Below are positions 14,764 through 21,969 of a DNA stretch of 32,000 bases, piece by piece. The stretch lies in NCBI RefSeq assembly GCF_051660365.1, contig NZ_JBOZXB010000001.1, positions 1,191,371 through 1,223,370 on the forward strand. The letters run 5' to 3'. The notes below the pieces were generated by a model. The model worked only from the letters and a program-made list of their open reading frames with translations. It was not told where the DNA came from and ran no database searches. This stretch comes from Oleiharenicola lentus (lineage in GTDB: Bacteria > Verrucomicrobiota > Verrucomicrobiia > Opitutales > Opitutaceae). Position 1 is the stretch's first letter, and each line of letters starts with the position of its first letter. A program made the position numbers and the translations under genes.

Positions 14764-15603
14764 TCATTTCTTGGGCAACGCCCAGCGCAAAAATTCGGGC
14801 AACGCGAGCGCCCACGTGGCTTCGTTGTGTTCGCCGCCTTCCATTTGGAGGTAATTCATGTCTTTGCCGGGCACGAAGCCTTTACGCTCAAGCTCGTCCA
14901 TCAGCTCGGTGGTATCCTGGATCGCATCGATCACGCCATTGTTATCGCGATCGTCGGTTTCGTCGCGCGTGCCGGCTTCGAACCACAGGCGTAACGCCGG
15001 CTTTGCGCCGAGTTCGCGCACATTGCGGTGCGCGATGCGGCTCACTTGCTGGCCAATCAAACTGGCGCTGTCGTCGCGCCACCACAGTGAACCCGAAAAA
15101 ATTCCTGCCACGCCAAAAATACTTGGCCGGCGCAGCACGGTATCGAACGCACACAGCCCACCCATCAACGCGCCAAAAACTCCCGTGCGCGCGGCTTCTT
15201 TTGAAACGTTGAAATTTTCGCGCAGCCACGGCAACGCAACGCCTGCGAGCAACTCTTGGAACGCGCGCGCGTGTTTCCCGCGGCCCGCAAAATCCACGCC
15301 GCTGGCCGTGCCATATTCGTCGATCCGCTCGGCGGAAGCCGGCACCGCGGCCACGACGACCGGCTCGATCTGGTTCAAAGCGACGAGTTCGTTGAGCGTT
15401 TCGGCGAGCCTCCAGTGCGGCATCATTTGTCCATCCAAGGCGAACAAGAGTGGATACGCTTTCGCACGCTTTGCCGAGTAGCCGGGTGGCAGGTAAATTT
15501 GCAGGGTGCGCGGAGCGAGGCCTCGCACCGAAAGTTCGGCGCTTTCTTCGACGCGGACTTCGGCGGAGGGTTTGCGGCGCAGCCAGGCAATACGCGCGCT
15601 CAT
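14764..15603 (-). CDS. Esterase-family alpha/beta hydrolase (enterochelin/siderophore esterase-like) with the nucleophile position occupied by Leu
   Basis: LQIYLPPGY, YPLLFALDG, FGALMGG (canonical GxSMGG), FSGSLWW and GGEHNEATW fit the putative-esterase (Fes/IroE/esterase D) fold. Start at ATG 15603, because the longer ORF runs antisense through the neighbouring transporter gene. Confidence 0.8.
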   Translation of the reverse strand: MSARIAWLRRKPSAEVRVEESAELSVRGLAPRTLQIYLPPGYSAKRAKAYPLLFALDGQMMPHWRLAETLNELVALNQIEPVVVAAVPASAERIDEYGTASGVDFAGRGKHARAFQELLAGVALPWLRENFNVSKEAARTGVFGALMGGLCAFDTVLRRPSIFGVAGIFSGSLWWRDDSASLIGQQVSRIAHRNVRELGAKPALRLWFEAGTRDETDDRDNNGVIDAIQDTTELMDELERKGFVPGKDMNYLQMEGGEHNEATWALALPEFLRWALPKK

Positions 15604-15738
15604 GCTGCGCCGCCCTCGATGAAGTGAATGTGTGCTCCCACCATTGCGCGGCCATAGAGCGATTTTCGTGCCGTTTGTCCACCTCCGCCATGGCTCCGCT
15701 CTTGCCCTTGTCATAATTCCCCGCCGGAATCGCGCGCA

Positions 15739-17250
15739 ATGAATCCAAAATCTGCTCCCGTCGCCGAGATGCCGGTGCCTGTCGAAATGGACACTGGCGG
15801 ACTTGGCGGACACCCCCGCGGCCTCACTACGTTGTTCGTCACCGAAATGTGGGAACGTTTTTCCTACTACGGCATGCGTGCCTTGCTCGTGCTTTTCATG
15901 ACGCTGGGCATCGCGGAAGGCGGACTTGGCTTCAGTGATAAAAACGCGTTCGCGGTCTACAGCACTTATACGATGAGCGTGTATTTGCTGAGCATCCTGG
16001 GCGGATACATTGCCGATAATTTTATTGGCGCGCGCCGGGCCGTGTTGTGGGGCGGAACTATTATTGCGCTCGGGCACTTCTCGATGGCCCTGCACAGCCA
16101 GATCACATTTTTTGCCGGTCTCGCGCTCGTGGCCCTTGGCACCGGTTTGTTGAAGCCAAATATTTCCACCATGGTGGGCAGCCTCTACAGCCCAACGGAC
16201 GAACGCCGTGACGCCGGGTTTTCTATTTTCTACATGGGGATCAACATCGGCGCACTGGCGGCATCGATTGTCTGCGGCTGGCTCGCACAGAGTGAACAGT
16301 TCAAGGGCATCCTTGCCAATTTCGGTCTCGATGCGCGCAACAGCTGGCACTGGGCATTTGGTGCCGCGGGCGTCGGCATGACGCTCGGCTTGATCGCTTA
16401 TATCCGCCGTAGCGCAACCGTCGCTCATGTGGGCCACGCCCCCGCCCTGGAAGGCGCCGGCCGGCCGTGGGGTAAGCTCAGCTTGGTCGTGGCGGGCTCG
16501 CTGGCTTTGATTGGGGTGATGATTGCAGCCGACCATTACCGCTGGATCGTTTACGCGCTGTTCATCTCGCAGATCGCGCTCATTTTGTTTTTCGCGGTGC
16601 GTCCTTCGACGGAAAGCCGCCGGATCGCCGCCATTCTAGTGTTCTTCCTCGCTGCGCAAATTTTCTGGGCGATCTTCGAACAAGCCGGTTCTTCCGTTTC
16701 GCTGTTCGCTGACCGTCTCACGGACAACCGTATTTTCGGTTGGGAATTTCCTTCTGCGTGGTGGCAGTCGGTGAACTCAGCGTGGGTCATCATTCTTGCC
16801 CCGATCTTTGCGTGGCTATGGACGAAACTCGGCAGCAAACAACCGTCGAGCCCGACCAAATTCGCGCTCGGCCTCTTCTTCGTCGCGCTCTCTTTCGTGT
16901 GGATGATCCCCGCGGCCCGCCTCACGGCGGAAGGCCGGATCAGCCCGATCTGGCTGCTGGGTTTGTATTTCTTCCAAACCGTCGGCGAGATGTGTCTCAG
17001 TCCGGTCGGATTGAGCACGATGACCAAACTCGCCCCGGCCCGCTTGTTGGGACTCGTGATGGGGATCTGGTTCCTCGCCGCGGCGCTCGGCAACAAACTC
17101 GCCGGCGTGCTCGCCACTGGGTTCAACAGCGAAGATGCCCCCGCGCTCGCCAAATTTTTCTCCAATCAAGCAATCCTCGTCGGCGTAGCGACGCTGGCCT
17201 TGTTCGCCCTTGTCCCGTGGGTGAAGCGCCTCATGGGCGGCGTGCGCTAA
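15739..17250 (+). CDS. POT/PTR2-family proton-dependent oligopeptide transporter (DtpT-like)
   Basis: GHPRGLTTLFVTEMWERFSYYGMRALLVLFM is the PTR2 signature. Multiple TM segments over the 503-aa length. Confidence 0.9.
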   Translation: MNPKSAPVAEMPVPVEMDTGGLGGHPRGLTTLFVTEMWERFSYYGMRALLVLFMTLGIAEGGLGFSDKNAFAVYSTYTMSVYLLSILGGYIADNFIGARRAVLWGGTIIALGHFSMALHSQITFFAGLALVALGTGLLKPNISTMVGSLYSPTDERRDAGFSIFYMGINIGALAASIVCGWLAQSEQFKGILANFGLDARNSWHWAFGAAGVGMTLGLIAYIRRSATVAHVGHAPALEGAGRPWGKLSLVVAGSLALIGVMIAADHYRWIVYALFISQIALILFFAVRPSTESRRIAAILVFFLAAQIFWAIFEQAGSSVSLFADRLTDNRIFGWEFPSAWWQSVNSAWVIILAPIFAWLWTKLGSKQPSSPTKFALGLFFVALSFVWMIPAARLTAEGRISPIWLLGLYFFQTVGEMCLSPVGLSTMTKLAPARLLGLVMGIWFLAAALGNKLAGVLATGFNSEDAPALAKFFSNQAILVGVATLALFALVPWVKRLMGGVR

Positions 17251-17273
17251 CTTCATCTTTCCCATTTCAGTTC

Positions 17274-17311
17274 AAAAAAAAGGCGCGGACATAACGTCCG
17301 CGCCTTTTTTC
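17274..17311. terminator. Strong bidirectional-looking intrinsic terminator
   Basis: A7 tract, then stem GGCGCGGAC (17282-17290), loop ATAAC, stem GTCCGCGCC (17296-17304), then T6. Confidence 0.75.
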
Positions 17312-17579
17312 TACACCTGCAAACCATTGCAAAAAAATGGGGGGTTCACGCGCATTCAACGGGCCAGTCAGACACGCGCGAACCCCTTTTGGTCACCTTT
17401 CACACCCGTTGCCGGTTGCGAACTGCGAACCAAACAAAGCCACAACTCGTTCCGAATGCGGAGAAACCAAACCGCCTAAAAAAAGGTGTTTTCGCAAAAT
17501 CTTATATTTAATTTCAAAACCGCCCCAGCGCCGCGAAATAAATCGACTTAACTGCCCCCGTGCTTGGCATTGGCTTCGT

Positions 17580-19223
17580 TTGGATCCGCTCAAAGCCAAT
17601 GCTCCCCGCTTCGACCCCAACTCCGCCGAATATCGGCGGAAATTGTGGACGCGCGTCGAAGAGGCTGACGGCTCCACCTCCCGAGTTTTTTTCTGGAAGC
17701 GGATTTTGTCGGTGCTCGCCCTCCTTGCGCTGGCAGGGTGGCTGGCGCTCAGCGGCGCGGTGTTTGCTTTTGTCAAAATCCGCCATGAATTTACCGAGGC
17801 TAGCTACCTGAACATCGTGTGGCCACCCAACTGGCCCAAGCACCGCGAGTCGCTGGGCCGGTTCTACATCGCGCGGGCCAAGGCCGCGCTGGAGAAAAAA
17901 GATTATTCGGAAGCAGTCACGTTTTACGGTGCGGGGATTGCGCGTGCCCCCAAAGATATCACCTCCCGCCGCGAACTCGCCGTTTTGTTCCTGCGCTTCG
18001 GCGATCCCGGGGCGTGCTTGAACCTGTTAAAAGCCGGCTTGGAACACGCGCTCGATGATCTCGAATACCTCAAACTCACCTTCAGCTTGCTCAGTGAAAT
18101 GCGAGCCGACGCCGAGATCATCGCCCTGGTTGAAAAATACCTGCCCGCCACGGTCGACGACCGGATCCAAAACCAGTTTCTCGCCCTGCAAGCGGCCCAA
18201 GCCCACTACTATCGCGGCAACTATGACGCCGCTGAAAAAATCGTCACGGCGTGGCGGCTTGGGCGCAGCCTCGAAGGACAATTGCTGCTCGCGCGCTGCG
18301 ACTGGGAACGCGGCTACCCCGAACTTGGGATCGTCCGCCTCGAGCAGCAACGCGCCCTCTTCCCCAATCGCGACGAGCTTCCGCTGCAGTTAATCCGCTT
18401 CTACCGCGACTTGGGACGGCAAGAAGAAGCGCTCAACGAAGCGCTCTTGCGCCACGTTGCCGATCCGGCAAGTCCGGGTGCGCGCGTGGATTTAATGTAT
18501 TCCTGGCGCTACAAAAACGACCAGGTTCGTTACTCGCGCGAACTGGATTCCTACCTTCACGATTATTCCGGCGATGCCCAAGCCTTGTTACTGCTGGCTT
18601 GGTTTGCGGCCGACACTGGCGAATTGGATCTCGCGAAACGCCTGCATGCGCTCGCGACCGAGCGGGGCTTTAATATTTATCCGTTCGATCTTGTCATGAT
18701 CCAGACACTGATCGCCCGCGGCGAATACAAGCCTGCGCTCGAAAAATCCGAAGCCGCGCTCGCCGGCCCCTCAGGTAAAGACCCGCGTTTCACCGCCGTG
18801 ATTTCCGGCCTGCGCGCGCTCGCCGCATTTGGCGCCGGCGATCCCACGAACGGTGAAGTTTACCTGAAGGCGTTCCTCATCCGCGACTATCTTCGCGCGA
18901 GCGACGCCCTGCTGCTGGCCGAGCGCCTCGATGAAATCGGCGCGCGCAACCAAGCTCGTAACGTGCTCGAAACCGCCGTCAAAAACGACCCAGCCAACCA
19001 GGCCGCCCTGACCGCGCTCGTAAAACTTGAGATCTCCGCCGACGGCCTTGCCGCTTTGGAAAACTACGTGCCGCAGCTCCTCGCCATGCGCAAACCCGCG
19101 CGCACCGTGCTGCAAGAAGCTTATCTAAAACTCGACGACGCCACGCCCGCGCGCGCCGCGTTGCGTCAGTCCATCAAAGCTGCCGTCGAGAAATCCCCGG
19201 AGATGCCCGCGCCCGGCGCGTAA
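17580..19223 (+). CDS. Membrane-anchored TPR-repeat protein (start uncertain)
   Basis: One TM helix (ILSVLALLALAGWLALSGAVFAFV) followed by many TPR-like helical repeats (AKAALEKKDYSEAVTFYGAGIARAP...). The ATG at 17337 lies in a structured, AT-rich, apparently non-coding stretch, so an in-frame TTG near 17580 or later is more plausible. Confidence 0.55.
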   Translation: MDPLKANAPRFDPNSAEYRRKLWTRVEEADGSTSRVFFWKRILSVLALLALAGWLALSGAVFAFVKIRHEFTEASYLNIVWPPNWPKHRESLGRFYIARAKAALEKKDYSEAVTFYGAGIARAPKDITSRRELAVLFLRFGDPGACLNLLKAGLEHALDDLEYLKLTFSLLSEMRADAEIIALVEKYLPATVDDRIQNQFLALQAAQAHYYRGNYDAAEKIVTAWRLGRSLEGQLLLARCDWERGYPELGIVRLEQQRALFPNRDELPLQLIRFYRDLGRQEEALNEALLRHVADPASPGARVDLMYSWRYKNDQVRYSRELDSYLHDYSGDAQALLLLAWFAADTGELDLAKRLHALATERGFNIYPFDLVMIQTLIARGEYKPALEKSEAALAGPSGKDPRFTAVISGLRALAAFGAGDPTNGEVYLKAFLIRDYLRASDALLLAERLDEIGARNQARNVLETAVKNDPANQAALTALVKLEISADGLAALENYVPQLLAMRKPARTVLQEAYLKLDDATPARAALRQSIKAAVEKSPEMPAPGA

Positions 19224-19232
19224 GAATTTCGG

Positions 19233-19670
19233 TTAGATGCTCCCGCGCGCCGGCTTTTGCTCCAGCACCACGCCGGCAATGCGCCAGCCCGCTTCCTCCT
19301 CAACCAGCCAGTAGCGATAATAAGTGTTTCTTTGCAGCGCATCCGTGACCGTCACCGCCACCTGCGCCTCACCTTGGCTGTTATCACGCACGATGCCGAC
19401 ATCGAACGCCTGATGGCGGAGTAGCGAGGGATAACCGCGCCGGATCATCGCCGCAAACACGCGTTCATTGAACTGCCGTTTGATCCCGAGTGCCGCGTAA
19501 TCATAAGCGGTCGCAAAGTCCTCCTCACGCAACGCCGCCAATTGCCCTTCCACCACCACGCGCACCTCGTCGCGAATTTTCTTCGGACTCACCCGCGATT
19601 CCTTTTCAGCAGCGCCCACAGAAGTCGCCCACACCAGCGCGCAAAGCATCCAGTAAAGCCAGCGCTTCAT
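19233..19670 (-). CDS. DUF4864-family (NTF2-like) exported protein
   Basis: Signal peptide, then VVEGQLAALREEDFATAYDYAALGIKRQFNERVFAAMIRRGYPSLLRH...GWRIAGVVL, which fits the DUF4864 pattern. Confidence 0.6.
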   Translation of the reverse strand: MKRWLYWMLCALVWATSVGAAEKESRVSPKKIRDEVRVVVEGQLAALREEDFATAYDYAALGIKRQFNERVFAAMIRRGYPSLLRHQAFDVGIVRDNSQGEAQVAVTVTDALQRNTYYRYWLVEEEAGWRIAGVVLEQKPARGSI

Positions 19671-19673
19671 AAG

Positions 19674-20597
19674 TTACGAAGCTTCGATGCCAAACACGGC
19701 CTTCGAGTAATTCTCGATGGAGAACGGTTGCAAATCATCCGGCTGCTCGCCGAGACCGATGAAATAAATCGGGATCTTCAACTGCCGGTAAATGCCCACG
19801 ATCGCTCCACCGCGACTCGTGCCGTCGAGCTTCGTCACCACCAACCCGGTCAGCCCAAAACTTTGGTGAAACACTTTCGCTTGCTCGATGGAGTTGGAGC
19901 CAAGCGAACCATCCACGACCAGCCAGCGATGATGCGGCGCAGCCGGGTCTGTCTTTTGCAGCACGCGGCGAATCTTCGCGAGTTCCTCCATCAAATTCGC
20001 CTTGGTGTGCAAGCGCCCCGCTGTATCGACAATCAACCAGTCATGCCCGCGCGCCTTCGCTGCCTGCATCGCATCAAACGCGACCGCCGCCGAATCCGCG
20101 CCGGTGTGGCTCGCGACAATTTCGATCTTTAAGCGATCCGCCCAACTCTTGAGCTGCTCGACCGCCGCCGCGCGAAACGTATCGCATGCCGCCATCACGA
20201 CGGTCTGGCCGTCCTCTTTAAATTTGTGAGCAAGCTTCGCCGTGGTCGTCGTTTTGCCGGAACCATTCACGCCGATCATCGCAATCACCGTGGGCTTGTT
20301 CGCCGCCGGCACGAGTTTCCCTTCGGAACCAGCCAGCACGCGTTTTAAAACCGTCACGCCAATCTGCGCCGCTTGCTGACCCTTCAATTCGGGATCCTTG
20401 CGATAGGCCGTTTTAATTTCCTCTAAAATCTCCGTGGTCGTCTCCACGCCGAAATCGGCTGTGTAGAGCGCCTCCTCCAATTCATCGAGCGAAGCCGCGT
20501 CGATCTTCCGCCCGCCAAACAACCCCGACGTCTTCGCCGCAATCGCCGAAAACGTCTTCGTCAGACCGTCCTTAAATTTTTTGAAAATGGAAAACAT
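19674..20597 (-). CDS. ftsY: Signal recognition particle receptor FtsY (short form)
   Basis: NG domain with GVNGSGKTTTTAKLA P-loop, DTAGRL and TKLDGTSRGG motifs. Confidence 0.95.
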   Translation of the reverse strand: MFSIFKKFKDGLTKTFSAIAAKTSGLFGGRKIDAASLDELEEALYTADFGVETTTEILEEIKTAYRKDPELKGQQAAQIGVTVLKRVLAGSEGKLVPAANKPTVIAMIGVNGSGKTTTTAKLAHKFKEDGQTVVMAACDTFRAAAVEQLKSWADRLKIEIVASHTGADSAAVAFDAMQAAKARGHDWLIVDTAGRLHTKANLMEELAKIRRVLQKTDPAAPHHRWLVVDGSLGSNSIEQAKVFHQSFGLTGLVVTKLDGTSRGGAIVGIYRQLKIPIYFIGLGEQPDDLQPFSIENYSKAVFGIEAS

Positions 20598-20620
20598 GAA
20601 ACTCGGAAAAGTTATTTATA

Positions 20621-20633
20621 TGGAAATCAGGAA
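20621..20633. repeat. Left arm of a 13-bp perfect inverted repeat flanking the GxxExxY gene (TGGAAATCAGGAA)
   Basis: Its reverse complement occurs at 21033-21045. This arm ends 1 nt from the stop codon of the GxxExxY gene. Confidence 0.5.
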
Positions 20634-20634
20634 G

Positions 20635-21024
20635 TCAGGAACGACCCGTCAGGCCGGGACCGATCCGTTTAATCGTCAGCGGCATGGCCGCAAAATTAAG
20701 AATTAGACCATCGGCAATCCCAGCTGCCTTCATCTGAGAACGTCCGATGGCATAAAAGATATCCTCAATCTCATGCACCGCCTTCAGCTCCACGAGCAGG
20801 CAGTTTTCCACTACCACATCTAAGCGATGTTCGCCGACTTCAACCCCGCGATGGAAAATCTTGATAGATTTCTGTCGCTCGAAGCTAATACCCCTAGCGG
20901 TTAACTCCACGCACAAGGCACTCTCGTAGACAGACTCAATAAATCCCGGCCCAAGCGCACGATGAACGGCAATCGCCGCTTCGATTACCCGTGAACTCAG
21001 TTCTTTATGCCCAAGCTCTGCCAT
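20635..21024 (-). CDS. GxxExxY protein (PD-(D/E)XK nuclease-like family)
   Basis: AVHRALGPGFIESVYESALCVELTARGISF...VVENCLLVELKAV matches the GxxExxY family signature. Start taken at MAELGHKEL (21024). An alternative ATG at 21048 would place the right repeat arm inside the coding sequence. Confidence 0.8.
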   Translation of the reverse strand: MAELGHKELSSRVIEAAIAVHRALGPGFIESVYESALCVELTARGISFERQKSIKIFHRGVEVGEHRLDVVVENCLLVELKAVHEIEDIFYAIGRSQMKAAGIADGLILNFAAMPLTIKRIGPGLTGRS

Positions 21025-21032
21025 TTCCAGCT

Positions 21033-21045
21033 TTCCTGATTTCCA
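21033..21045. repeat. Right arm of the 13-bp inverted repeat (TTCCTGATTTCCA)
   Basis: Exact reverse complement of 20621-20633. Lies between the nusB stop (21051) and the preferred GxxExxY start (21024). Confidence 0.5.
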
Positions 21046-21050
21046 CATTC

Positions 21051-21497
21051 CTACTCGTTCGAAGGTTTGCGGGAATCGCGGCCGAGTTTGTCCTTCATGC
21101 GGTCGAGGATGCCGTTGATGAAGCGCTTCGAATCAGCGCTCGAATATTGTTTACTGAGATCGATGGCCTCGTTGATCGACACGACCGGCGGGATGTCTTT
21201 GCGGTGCAGCATCTCGAACATGGCGAGACGCAAGATCGCGAGATCGATGCGCGCAATGCGATCGAATTCCCAATTATGCGCCAGACCCTTGATGTGTTCG
21301 TCGAGTTCCTTCGCATGCTCAATCGTGCCGTGGATCAACTCCTCCGCGAACGCGTAGTAATCGCGCGGCTGCTCCAAGTGCTCGAAAAACAGCACGAGGT
21401 CGCCCGCGAGATTCGCCGGCTGGTTAACGCTCCACGCGTAAAGATACTGAAACGCCGCAGAGCGGCATTCGCGACGTTGGTTGAACTGAGTCGTCAT
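21051..21497 (-). CDS. nusB: Transcription antitermination factor NusB
   Basis: RRECRSAAFQYLYAW...IDLAILRLAMFEML...VSINEAIDLSKQY is the NusB pattern. Classic ribH-nusB synteny with a 4-nt overlap. Confidence 0.9.
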   Translation of the reverse strand: MTTQFNQRRECRSAAFQYLYAWSVNQPANLAGDLVLFFEHLEQPRDYYAFAEELIHGTIEHAKELDEHIKGLAHNWEFDRIARIDLAILRLAMFEMLHRKDIPPVVSINEAIDLSKQYSSADSKRFINGILDRMKDKLGRDSRKPSNE

Positions 21498-21961
21498 GAT
21501 TTTTTCTCCAAAGAACGTTTAAGCACCGCCATCTCCAACGCCGCGTGGACAAACTCCGCGCCGCGGTTAATCGACCCGGTGCAACGGGCCTCGGCCTGCG
21601 CGAGGGTGTTGGCCACAATCACGCCGTTGATCACCGGGATTCCCGTGTTGATGGCGACGGTTTGCAACGCGTGTGAAACACTGTCGCCTACCATCTCGTG
21701 ATGATTCGTGTCGCCGCCGATTAAAACGCCGAGCGCGATCACGCAGTCGAATTTTCCGGTCGCCGCAAGTTGCTGCGCGCCCCACGGGATCTCGTGCGCA
21801 CCCGGCACACGGATGATTTCAAGTCGCTTGGAATTTTTCAACAGCTCACCGGCACGCGCGACCAGCGCATCGACCAACGCTTCATTGAAACGCGAAGCCA
21901 CGAGGCCGAAACGCAGTTTCTTCGCGTCGATGTCTTTCGCTTTGGGTGAATTCAAACTCAT
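21494..21961 (-). CDS. ribH: 6,7-dimethyl-8-ribityllumazine synthase
   Basis: FGLVASRFNE...VPGAHEIP...ALGVLIGGDTNHHEMV...GVIVANTLAQA is typical RibH. Confidence 0.95.
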   Translation of the reverse strand: MSLNSPKAKDIDAKKLRFGLVASRFNEALVDALVARAGELLKNSKRLEIIRVPGAHEIPWGAQQLAATGKFDCVIALGVLIGGDTNHHEMVGDSVSHALQTVAINTGIPVINGVIVANTLAQAEARCTGSINRGAEFVHAALEMAVLKRSLEKKS

Positions 21962-21969
21962 GGGAAAAT

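Noticed and set aside
15604-16536. Upstream extension of the esterase ORF to 590 aa
   Set aside because: The extension runs antisense through the POT transporter gene and has shadow-like composition. The esterase fold begins right after the ATG at 15603.
17337-17579. ATG-initiated N-terminal 81 codons of the TPR ORF
   Set aside because: This part overlaps a terminator-like hairpin and an AT-rich tract. Its composition is atypical for coding DNA in this window, and its translation is Arg/Pro/Cys-rich with no hydrophobic or repeat character. I treated it as non-coding, though the true start remains uncertain.
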